Origin: Macrostomum lignano
Taxonomy: Eukaryota
Assembly: GCA_002269645.1 (NCBI GenBank)
Contig: NIVC01000032.1
Location: forward strand, 310,001-374,000
Direction: 5' to 3'
DNA length: 64,000 nt
Part shown: positions 1-37,083 of the stretch, piece by piece
Numbering within the stretch: position 1 is the stretch's first letter
Layout of the letters: every line of letters begins with the position of its first letter
Made by a program: the position numbers and the translations under genes
Notes under the pieces: generated by a model
What the model was told of the DNA's origin: nothing
Seen by the model: the letters and a program-made list of their open reading frames with translations, nothing else
Databases searched by the model: none

Positions 1-1110
1 TGTCTATGGAGTGACCCATTGTAGATTGGAGTCACCCCTTGTAGATTGTGTTGTCTATGGAGTGACCCATTGTAGATTGGAGTCACCCCTTGTAGATTGT
101 GTTGTCTATGGAGTGACCCATTGTAGATTGGAGTCACCCCTTGTAGATTGTGTTGTCTATGGAGTGACCCATTGTAGATTGGAGTCACCCCTTGTAGATT
201 GTGTTGTCTATGGAGTGACCCATTGTAGATTGGAGTCACCCCTTGTAGATTGTGTTGTCTATGGAGTGACCCATTGTAGATTGGAGTCACCCCTTGTAGA
301 TTGTGTTGTCTATGGAGTGACCCATTGTAGATTGGAGTCACCCCTTGTAGATTGTGTTGTCTATGGAGTGACCCATTGTAGATTGGAGTCACCCCTTGTA
401 GATTGTGTTGTCTATGGAGTGACCCATTGTAGATTGGAGTCACCCCTTGTAGATTGTGTTGTCTATGGAGTGACCCATTGTAGATTGGAGTCACCCCTTG
501 TAGATTAGAGTGACCCCTTGTAGATTAGAGTCACCCCTTGCAGATTGGAGTCACCCCTTGTAGATTAGAGTCACCCCTTGCAGATTGGAGTCACCCCTTG
601 TAGATTAGAGTGACCCCTTGTAGATTAGAGTCACCCCTTGCAGATTGGAGTCACCCCTTGTAGATTAGAGTCACCCCTTGCAGATTGGAGTCACCCCTTG
701 TAGATTAGAGTGACCCCTTGTAGATTAGAGTCACCCCTTGTAGATTAGAGTCACCCCTTGTAGATTAGAGTGACCCCTTGCAGATTGGAGTCACCCCTTG
801 TAGATTAGAGTGACCCCTTGTAGATTAGAGTGACCCCTTGTAGATTAGAGTCACCCCTTGTAGATTAGAGTCACCCCTTGTAGATTAGAGTCACCCCTTG
901 TAGATTAGAGTCACCCCTTGTAGATTAGAGTCACCCCTTGTAGATTAGAGTCACCCCTTGTAGATTAGAGTCACCCCTTGTAGATTAGAGTCACCCCTTG
1001 TAGATTAGAGTCACCCCTTGTAAATTAGAGTCACCCCTTGTAGATTAGAGTCACCCCTTGTAGATTAGAGTCACCCCTTGTAGATTAGAGTCACCCCTTG
1101 TAGATTGGCT
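1..1110. repeat. Tandem repeat: 51-bp unit (1-507) grading into a 20-bp unit TAGATTAGAGTCACCCCTTG
   Basis: Directly visible; each 51-mer is two 20-mer variants plus 11 bp. Confidence 0.95.
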
Positions 1111-1243
1111 TGTAGATTGTAGTGACGCCTTGTAGATTGGAGTGACGCCTTGTAGATTGGAGTGACCTCTTGCAGATTGGATTTGACTCTACCAGCGTAT
1201 GGATTGCAATTTTTTCTCAACATAAATACACGATTTAACCCAG

Positions 1244-27578
<26,335 letters not shown>

Positions 27579-27840
27579 GTGTTGTAATTGGCTTCTAAAC
27601 CGACACGTTCGATTAAATTTGCCTCTTTCTTAAAGTTAAACAGTTTAAAGTTTATTGTTTTACAAATTACGATTTAAACCTCGTATTTTATCTGTGTCTG
27701 TATTGCTTTTTCTTATAATTATTGTTTGTTTGTTTGTTAAAAATTGTTTAGATTGCATGAAATATTTTTCGACTCTAATAAGATTGTCTAGAAAAACATC
27801 GGTATAGACCTTGGCAAGCCAATTAATTTTCTTTTTTTTC

Positions 27841-28095
27841 AGCAGCCAATGATCGTCGAGCCCCTGTAGCAGCCAATGAGCGTCGAACCCTTTTAGCAGC
27901 CAATGAGCGTCGAGCCCTTGTAGCAGCCAATGATCGTCGAGCCCCTGTAGCAGCCAATGAGCGTCGAGCCCCTGTAGCAGCCAATGAGCGTCAAACCCTT
28001 GTAGCAGCCAATGAGCGTCAAACCCTTGTAGCAGCCAATGAGCGTCAAACCCTTGTAGCAGCCAATGAGCGTCAAGCTCTTGTAGCAGCCAATCA
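27841..28095. repeat. 27-bp minisatellite containing CAGCCAATGAG (10 CCAAT copies)
   Basis: Directly visible. Confidence 0.93.
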
Positions 28096-28574
28096 AAATA
28101 GAGCGTTTTTAGGCTGGCTACTAAGACTAGTGGAGAGCGAGTGCAAGTTGTGAGTTTTTAATAAGAATAAAGAAAGTTGCCGTGGACAAAAATGAACTTA
28201 TTAAAATGTTATAATAAATATTATTATAGGTTTTTATCTTGTGACTTTTAAAAGTTAACTTTTGTCGTTTGAGACCATGCTTTAGGTTTTATTACTAAAT
28301 ATCAAGTTCTGAAAAAATTGTCTGTCCTGAATTCAAACGTTCGAGAATGGGCTCACAGTGTGTGATCTTTGAATACAATGTTTGTTTGCTTGTTGTTGCA
28401 TATGCCGTTTTTCTAAATAAATTTTTAAAAGTCCAAGCATACCATATATCTATTCCAGTTCAATCAAATATGGCAATAATTCAGTTGTTTATTTAAGTAA
28501 AATAACCGTACAACCGATAAACCGTTGTCTTTTTCCATTGATTCTGATTGACAATAAAATGAGAAAAATATTGT

Positions 28575-28950
28575 AAATTGGCTAGGGAGTGCGGTGGGTG
28601 CTGATTGGGCTAGGGAGTGAGGTGGGTGCTGATTGGGCTAGGGAGTGAGGTGGTTGCTGATTGGGCTAGGGAGTGAGGTGGGTGCTGATTGGGCTAGGGA
28701 GGTGGGTGCTGATTGGGCTAGGGAGTGAGGTGGGTGCTGATTGGGCTAGGGAGTGAGGTGGGTGCTGATTGGGCTAGGGAGTGAGGTGGGTGCTGATTGG
28801 GCTAGGGAGTGAGGTGGGTGCTGATTGGGCTAGGGAGTGAGGTGGGTGCTGATTGGGCTAGGGAGTGAGGTGGGTGCTGATTGGGCTAGGGAGTGAGGTG
28901 GGTGCTGATTGGGCTAGGGAGTGAGGTGGGTGCTGATTGGGCTAGGGAGT
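28575..28950. repeat. 28-bp minisatellite CTGATTGGGCTAGGGAGTGAGGTGGGTG (~13 copies)
   Basis: Directly visible. Confidence 0.93.
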
Positions 28951-29905
28951 GAGGCCTCAGCGAAATTGTCAGTGAGGCCTTAGCTGTGTAATGTATTTGA
29001 TTTGCATGGGTGCTCTGGTGGTGGTGGCACCAGAGATCATGCATTGCTATGGGTTGTGACAACCACACAATTATTTACAATTAAGACAGTGAGGAGTTCC
29101 TCACGCTTATTTTCTTGCTCGCACAAACCCAGGGTCTTACGCTGGTGACAGCGGTCTAAGCATGGTCAAGTCAGAGCAAGCTGCATTGCTGCCTCCGAAG
29201 TTAAGCGGAGACGCCAATGGCCGAATGTGGCTCAGCAATTTTGAAGATTTTGCTGACGACTGCGAATGGGACGACGGGAAGAAGGCGAAGAAGCTGAAGC
29301 TGCTGATTTACTAGCGAAGTGCAAGTCTTCGTGTGGGAGCAGACGGAAGACGTGAAGGCCAGCTACAAGCAGCTGAAGCAGAAGCTGCTACCGAGCGATG
29401 TAGGAGTTCGAGAAGCGGAAACGGCAGCCAAGGATTAAAGGACAAGGATGCGAGCTCCTGTCCCTGACCGACTTGATCGATCGACCACCGTCAGCTGCCA
29501 GTGTCGGTGGAGTACAAGCTCGTCAACCAGTTGGAGCAGAAAGCACAGCAGCTGGCATCCAGCGTGCGGACAGGACCATCAGACAGAGACAGGCGACAGA
29601 AGGGTCCCGTCAGGTTCTACAGCTGCGGCGAGCCAGGCCACATTGCTAGGCGATGCCCGAAATCGGCCGGGCTGCGCTGCAGCCGGTGCTCAGGCAAAGG
29701 GCACACCGTGGCGGTCTGCCCGACGCCAGCAAGGAAACCTCTGGAGGTCGGCAGCCTGAGGCCAGCGCCGACCCGCTTAGAAGGGGCCCACAGGTCAGCG
29801 CCATCGATATTCGTGCAGGTGCAGTTCGGTGGCACGTCAGTGGCTGCTCTGCTCGACACAGGCGCACAAGTCGCTTATGGACAAATCCCTGTTCGACCGA
29901 CTCTC

Positions 29906-30259
29906 TATTAGAGGCAGGGGGTTGTGTGCACCCTGGCGCTCTTTAAGCGACATAGGCACACAACCGGCGAAAGGCATTACTGCCCATTCCGCCGACTCCC
30001 CTGAGCAGGCATACAAGCGCGCGGATACGTACGCAGGCACACACTCACACAGGAGTGTACAGCGGCCCTAACTTTATTTTATCGTTAGGCATGTACACTT
30101 CACTGCGCCTTGGGGGGTTGGCTCTCAAGGCCGTTAATTGCACGAGCAGAGCCAAGCCGAGATTCCACTTCAGCCCCAAATTAATGTGACTGCACTTGGA
30201 ATCGAGCCTGGGTCGCTGGCACACCAGAGCAGCTGCGCTACCGCTGGGCTACGGCCCCC
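29906..30259 (-). mobile_element. tRNA-derived SINE inserted in the Gypsy protease region
   Basis: Head GGGGGCCGTAGCCCAGCGG (A box) ... GGCTCGATTCC (B box); 14-bp TSD TTCGAC(C/A)GACTCTC at 29892-29905 and 30260-30273. Confidence 0.85.
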
Positions 30260-31071
30260 TTCGACAGACTCTCCTGCCAGATCGCATCGCCGCCTTGCCG
30301 ACCTCCGTGGACGGCTCCAGGCTGCGCTGCCTTGGCCTGACGGCGGCAGAAGCTTCAGTCGGCAAGCATGAGTACGACCTGGGGACGATAAAGCTCCTGC
30401 AACACCAGATCGAGCTGGAGCACGGACGGGCGGCAGCTGAACGCCTGCACGGTTAAGGACGCGTACCCGCTGCCGCACCTGCAGCAGGCCATGGACGCGC
30501 TCGTCGGGTGCTCCTATTTCTCCACCATTGACTACTGCCGGCAAGGCTACCACCAGGTGGAAGTTGCGGAGGAGGACCGGCACAAGACGGTATTCTACTC
30601 GACTCGCGGTCTGATGCAGTTTCATAAGATGGGCTTTGGGATGTGCGACGCCCCGGCAACGTTCCAGCGGCTCATGGAGTTGGTGATGTCCGGTCTGTCC
30701 TGGAAGGCGGTGCTGACCTACATTGACGACATCATCGTCTTTAGCAGGAAGTTTGACGAGCACCTAATGAAGCTGACGCATGTCTTCCAGCGGCTGCGAG
30801 ACGCGGGGCTCAAGCTGCACCGAGCGAAAAGCGCGTTCGCACACAGCCAAGTGCTGTACCTCGGACACCTGGTTATCGAGCATCGCGCCTGATCCCGGAA
30901 AGGTCGATGCCATCCGCAACATGCCCAGTCCAGCGACAACGGAGGACGTGAAACATTTTCTCTGAATGCTGGGATTTTACCGCCGGTTCATCGAAGGCTT
31001 CAGCCAGACTGTCAGGGTGCTGCACGATGTCAGCCAAAGGTCTAGAGACTTCGCGTGGAGCAATGGAGCAA

Positions 31072-31392
31072 TGAACCGCTGAGCATTTCGTCAGCATCTG
31101 TCCCGCCTTTACGCGAGCCAGACTCACCTCGGGCCACACACATCTATTACTGAAGCGTGCAAACCCGAAAACTTTAATCAGCTCATGCGCTACCTCCGGG
31201 CCACCCGCAGGACTGAACTCTTCTTTCCAGAGAGCACCATAGCTGCTGGCGACACTGGGGGACCTCCCTGGGCGGCGCCAACCCTTCGTCCATAGCTACG
31301 CGTCGGCCGTTCAGGGATTAGCGGAATGGGCGTTCGCGCCTTCCCGCTGTGTCCCCCCGGGACAGCCCTGCAGCTAAGTCAAGTAAGTCAAG
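31072..31392 (+). mobile_element. 5'-truncated 3' end of a LINE (same family as 34410-37083) replacing the Gypsy RNase H
   Basis: TAEHFVSICPAF...LGPHTSITEACKPENFNQLMRYLRATRR aligns with LGPNPSIDEVCQPDSIPRLIQFLRATRR at 34590-34670 (-); shared 3' end CCCTGCAGCTAAGTCA plus short AAGTC-type tail. Confidence 0.8.
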
Positions 31393-32601
31393 ACCGGCCT
31401 GGTCGAGACAACGTGGGGCCGGATGCGCTGAGCCGGGTGGCCGGCACTCGTCTGCAGCCACCGGTGGGACGGCGGCAACCTGCACGAGCAGCAGTGGCAG
31501 GACATAAAAGAGCCACTGCCGCGCACGACTGACGGCAACGCCTACATCCTGAGCATGTGCGACACCTTTTCCAAGTGAATGGAGACGGCCGCTCTGTCGG
31601 CGATCGACGCAGTCACGGTGGCGGACGCGCTGCTCAGGTCGGTAGTCCTACGGCACGGCGCCCGGTAGGTGCTGCTCTCGGCGACCAAAGGCGGCAGTTC
31701 GAGAGCGACGCGTTCGGACAGCTCTGCGAGCAGCTGGGCGTTAAGAAGACTCGCACGTCGCCGTTTTATCCGAGCGGCAATGGCGTCGTTAAGCGCGGCA
31801 ACAGAACGCTGGGTGACATGTTGGCGACGGTCGTATTGGAGAACCAGCAGGACTGGCATCGGAAGCTGCCGTACGTCACCTGGGCCTACAGCACCTCCGT
31901 GCACAGTATCACCGGTCTCAGCCCATACCAGGTCCTGCACGGCTGGCCGCCAGGGCTGGTCCTCGACAGCTGGCCCTGATGAACAGTGATCAGCAGGCGA
32001 AAGGTTGCGGTACTCACGATTTCTTGCCAGCCATTTCTTGCGCAACTCGGTGGTCAAGCGCGGCCAAACGAGATGCCTCAGCGCCAATTGGAAAGGGGCC
32101 GTAGTACCGGGTCCTGCGGCGCCTCGGTGAGGTTAACTATCGCATCCAGGATGAAGCGGGACGCAGGCGCAAGTTGGTGGTACATCACGACCGTCTGCGA
32201 CTCTTCGAAATTCCAAAGGCTGCGGTTGCCAACGCAGCCGACATCGTGGACCTCCCAACCTCGGTCCTCGGGAAGCACGCGATCTCGAGGGCGATGCCGG
32301 AAACCTCTGGCCTGAACAATAGGCAGACGAGGAGCCCGAGGAGCAACCGGTGGCACCGGCTGAGGCACTTCGTCGGTCAACAAGAGAGCGGCGGCTGCCG
32401 GATTTCTACATGGCGGGTTTTGCGTGACTGAACTGTCTAGGGGGGAAGTAGTGTAATGTATTTGACTTGCATGCGTGCTCTGGCGGTGGTGGCACCAGGG
32501 ATCATGCATGTCTATGGGTTGTGACAACCACAGTTATTTACAATAAAGGCAGGGCGTATGCAGGCGCAAGTATTTTCCAAGGACGACTTAAGTAGAAGGA
32601 C

Positions 32602-33263
32602 GGGAAACCTCGTTTCTTAGAAAATTTTAGAAGGCCGGTTTTCCCGAAAAAATACACTGCGGAGATAGGAAATTTTCATTTTTTCAGCACAAAAATTGCT
32701 ATTGCTTTTGATGGGAGGCAGATCCACTGTTCATCTTTTGATATGTTGTGCCTTTCTTATTGCTCTATCGATATTCATAGAGCTTTTCGTTCAGAAAATT
32801 AGGATTCTACGTTAATTTTTTATTCTACGTACATTTCCCGTACCTAAAAATCATAAAAATGCATGACACAGCTCGAATCTTTGATTTTATGAATCTAATT
32901 TGTCATCTCTGTTACAAATATTTGTTACACAGTCAGCTAAGAATGATAAAATAGACTCATAAAACCAAAGAGCCGAGCTGTGCCATTTCAATGGTTTTTA
33001 AGTACATGACACGTGCAAATGTACGTAGAATAAAAAATTAACACAGAATCCTAATTTTCTGAACGAAAAGCTCTATGAATATCGATAAAGCAATAAGAAG
33101 GGCACAACATATCAAAAGATGAACACTGGATCTGCCTCCCATCAAAAGCAATAGCAATTTTTGTGCTGAAAAAATGAAAACTTCCGATCTCCGTAGCTAT
33201 TGTATTTTTTCGGGAAAACCTGCCTTCTACGAGCGTAAAATTTTCTAAGAAACGAGGTTTCCC
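32602..33263. mobile_element. ~660-bp imperfect palindrome (foldback/MITE-like) inside the 3' LTR
   Basis: GGGAAACCTCGTTTCTTAGAAAATTTT at 32602 versus its reverse complement ending at 33263; pairing continues inward to ACAAAT|ATTTGT at 32919/32920. Confidence 0.85.
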
Positions 33264-33299
33264 ACCAACCCACGGTCTTATAGCTAGCTGGAACACTGT

Positions 33300-33960
33300 C
33301 TGTGAACTGACTAACTTAGTTGTTTTTTTTGAATTTCAAGAATTGACTTTGAAGGAAACATTTTATTATTTCGCAAAATAGCTAGCTAATCAAATTAAGG
33401 TTGCTTTGAAAATTTATTTGAAATTATCTTAATCAATTACAAATAAAATTTTAACAGTAAAAATTGTAGCTAAAAAGTTTTTCGAAAGAAAATTCGATTT
33501 TAATTTCTTCTTTTCTCTAAAATTGGAAATTGAATGTTTAACCAACAAGAAAACTTTATATTCTTTTTCTAGAAGCAGCACTACAAGTAATGGAGCAGCA
33601 AGAAGCTCTCGACATGTGCTCCAGTCCCGATCTTAATTTCATTTTCAATACTCGTAATACAATACAGATCTGAACTTGAAATGAGAGCAGCTTCGGTTCT
33701 GATAATTGTCAGTCTGATTTGCTTTGCTGATCATTGAGCAGATAAGGCTCTGCTTTTCTGCTTGAGTTCTCACTACTTACATGTAGTATAGTATAGTAGT
33801 TTTATGTATCAGAACTCATATGTGGATAAAGTAGCATGGCCGATTGCGATAAAAATTTAATTCATGTAGAAAAATTCTTGTATGGTCACAGAGTCAAACA
33901 TTTGTTTGTTTCTTACAAATAAATAATTTTTAAAGCAGAGAGCACCAGCCCTCTGAAAGT
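33300..33960 (+). repeat. Diverged local duplicate of 40025-40760 (intron upstream of the WSC exons)
   Basis: Shared GAATTTCAAGAATTGACTTT and a long TGAGAGCAGC...CATATGTGGATAA block; paralogy continues at 37084-37263 versus 40790-41003. Confidence 0.8.
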
Positions 33961-33989
33961 ATCTCATCTAGTCATGGCATTTCAGGGCA

Positions 33990-34409
33990 TTTCAGCAACT
34001 ACCCACTGAGCCATGGCATCTCAGCAACTCCCCCAGTAAGCCATGGCATCTCAGCAACTCCCCCAGTAAGCCATGGCATCTCAGCAACTCCCCCAGTAAG
34101 CCATGGCATCTCAGCAACTCCCCCAGTAAGCCATGGCATCTCAGCAACTCCCCCAGTAAGCCATGGCATCTCAGCAACTCCCCCAGTAAGCCATGGCATC
34201 TCAGCAACTCCCCCAGTAAGCCATGGCATCTCAGCAACTCCCCACTGAGCCATGACATCTCAGCAATGATCCCCACTGAGCCATGACATCTCAGCAATGA
34301 TCCCCACTGAGCCATGACATCTCAGCAATGATCCCCACTGAGCCATGACATCTCAGCAATGATCCCCACTGAGCCATGACATCTCAGCAACGATCCCCAC
34401 TGAGTCATG
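33990..34409. repeat. 30-bp minisatellite CCATGGCATCTCAGCAACTCCCCCAGTAAG (resumes at 37084; paralog at 40790-40920)
   Basis: Directly visible. Confidence 0.92.
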
Positions 34410-37083
34410 GTTTGAATTAACTGACTTAGCTGCAGGGTGGTCCGCAGACACAGCGGGGAGGCAAGGGTCGCCCATCCCGCTAGCCCCTGAAGGCCCGCAG
34501 ACAGGCAGAGGCGGCGTGGGACGGTCAGGGTGGTCCCCCGGTCCGTCCTGCAGCGTGATCTTCCGTGGGGAAGAAACTGGCTCGTCTTGTCGCCCGAAGG
34601 AACTGGATGAGCCGTGGGATGCTGTCGGGCTGGCAGACCTCGTCAATAGACGGATTTGGCCCGAGGTAGCGTAGCGGGTCTCTGGTAAAGAAAGGGCAGT
34701 GACAAACAAAGTGCTGAGTATTTTAATTGTTGTACTCGCGAAAAAGGGCAAAGTTCACTCTCGAGGTCGCCTCGGAGGAAGGAGTGCCTTGGCGAGGTCC
34801 AACACGAAAAATCACGTGACTTTACGATCTCAGGAACCATGTCATAAGATAAGGTTAGAGATCGCCGCCGTGGTAGACTCTCCGGAGTATTCTTATCTTA
34901 GAAAACAAGAGCTATATTAAATTTCTTTGATTTGATACATCGTACATCCCACACACTCTGTGAGAGCTAAATTTAGGGTTGGTCAGACTTGTGCATCATT
35001 TTTTTGTCTCTTCGTCACATAAGTCTAATGATTTGATTGCGTAATATCAGAAGTGAAATTGAAAATATAATGAGCAATTGTCAGTTTTCTTACTTTCTAC
35101 TTGTCGAATGGCTACTTTGATCAAATATTCTTCTACATGTACGAGCTACGAGCTATGTACTGTGTTGTGACCTTCGCGAAAGTTCGATGCATTATAAATT
35201 ATATTTATTTCTAGAAATTTCCCCTCTAGAGTACAAAATAAAATCTTGAAAGGTCTCTTACAGTAACAAATTTCAATACTCGCATTTATAAATATTCAGT
35301 GTATAATTTATTACAGTAAGGCAGTACTGCAATTAATTCAAATCTAATTGGAATCAATAATTGTTATTAGTTTTTTTATAATGTTCAGAATGTTCTAGAA
35401 GTTTCCGGCAATGCTCCTGATGGCTATAAATAAACGGTGCCAACCACGGATAATCAGGGGGAAAAAGCAGAAATTTAGCAAAAGAAATGCTAAAGATCCA
35501 AGCATTTCGAGCATCCCAGATGCGATGAAACCTGGAGTAAGCAGGTCTATATATCGTGACCAGGTGCCTCGGTCACAACGTACGAGTATACCGATTAGAG
35601 GGACTCACTGGACGTGTCAGCGGCAAACATCTCAAAAAAAGTGTGCAGAATCTTCGAGGGGACAACAGAACCTGGTTTAGGATCTCCGGATGGGAGACCT
35701 GACCATGCCTCAGAGATCCCACAACTGTTACGGATCTCCTATCGCGGAGAACCATAACCGTTTATATTCTCCGAAGGAGATCTTAAACCATTTAAGGTCT
35801 CCGGTCGGAGATCCCAGCCCGTTTGCAGTCTCCGGATAGGCGACCCAAAACTGACCGGAGCCTCGGAGATTCTAAACCGTAACACCTGTTAAGGACATGA
35901 CAAAGGCTCGAATATCCTTCCGATTTTGGTTCAAAAAGACATGTCTGAGCTTGCGAGAGAGGCACAGAACCGCAAAACGAGATTTCCGGCAGTTCTGGAT
36001 GCCCGCCCATCTGTCCCTGTGGAGGGAGTCAGCCCAGTCATCGATCTGACGATTGATGACCGTCGAAGGGATAGGGACCAGGGGAACAGTGCCAGAGAAA
36101 GAGCCAGAGCCGCCCCTCTTGGCGAGGGTGTCTGCCAGCTGGTTTCCCGGAAACCCTGCGTGCCCGGGCCGGATCCACTTCAGCCTGACAGTACTGCTAC
36201 TAGCCAGGAGGTTGAGCTGCCGGACGCAGTCGGCGGCTGTCCGGGAGTTTGTGGTGGTGTCGCAAAGGGCCTGTAAGGCCGGTTGGCTATTAGAGTGGAT
36301 GACAATACCCTTGGCATTCAGCTCTGCAGCGCAGTAGCTGATAGCAAAGAATTCGTTCTGGAAGACCGTGAGAGTCTGCCAGTGGCAATGACGCGACAGT
36401 TGATGATGCAGACCATGGCCGTCTTTGTCGGATTTATCGTTGTAGCAGTGGAGCTCCTTTGCCTCGGTCCATGCCTGTGGGACGTGCACCAAGCGTGATG
36501 CACTCCTGAAAAAGGCTGCAAAGTTTACGCAGGAAGCCTGGGCATTTGACCGCCTAGCTCTCAGGAGCGCAGGTAAAATGCCGTCGGGTCCAGGGGCTTT
36601 CAACGGTTTGAAGGAGATAGCCGCTCTCACGATGCGGTCCTCCGTGATGATAGAGGCAGCCAGCGCGTGGCCTCCCTCCGAGTGATCCGGAGTGGTCGGG
36701 TTAGCTGGCTCGTTGGGGAAAAACACAGTGAGCATTAATATCAACGTTTCCCTGGGTTGTCCGTGGACGTACCGTCGGTGCGTTTGACCGAGGAAAGCTT
36801 GGACATTTTGTCCAGCGTAAGCGCTTTCACAATTCTGGAGGTGGGGCGTGAGCCCTCTAGCTCCTCGCAGTATTGACGCCATTTCTGAGCTTTTGCATTC
36901 CCAACCTGCCTTTTAAACTCGTGGATTGCTTCATGAGCGGCGGTTTGGTTCACTGGGCTCTTAGTTTAGTTGCTCTGTGGCGGTGGAGTCTCTTAGCTCT
37001 GCGAAGGAGGTTGCCGAGCTCGGGATTCCACCACGGCGCGGATTTTTTCCCTTTATAGGCTTTTATAGGGTAGGATAGCGTTT
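34410..37083 (-). mobile_element. 5'-truncated RNase H-containing LINE (LOA/Lian-like, I group) with RT core deleted and a 1.2-kb foreign insert
   Basis: APWWNPEL, KAPGPDGILPALL, WTEAK joined directly to ELHCY (RNase H), GHAGFPGNQLADTLAK; ORF2 C-terminus and 3' UTR at 34410-34690; flanking direct repeat CTGAG(T/C)CATG at 34400-34409 and 37084-37093. Confidence 0.8.
35674..35878. repeat. Array of ~7 diverged ~30-bp palindromes, consensus GTTTAGGATCTCC-N3-6-GGAGATCCTAAACC
   Basis: TCTCC-loop-GGAGA stems at 35683, 35735, 35768, 35798 and 35829; outer ends are 13/14 inverted matches. Confidence 0.85.

Larger units (their letters stand above)
28987..33282 (+). mobile_element. Decayed Ty3/Gypsy LTR retrotransposon with nested insertions
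   Basis: 5' LTR 28987-29141 (TGTAA...TTACG); PBS TGGTGACAGCGGT 29143-29155 (tRNA-Leu-like); gag ATG 29162 with two CCHC knuckles; protease ALLDTGA; RT YIDDIIVFS; integrase remnant (TRTSPFYPSGNG) after RT; PPT at 32439-32448; 3' LTR starts at 32452, is split, and its last ~18 bp lie at 33265-33282; possible 4-bp TSD GCTG/GCTA; many frameshifts and stops. Confidence 0.92.
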
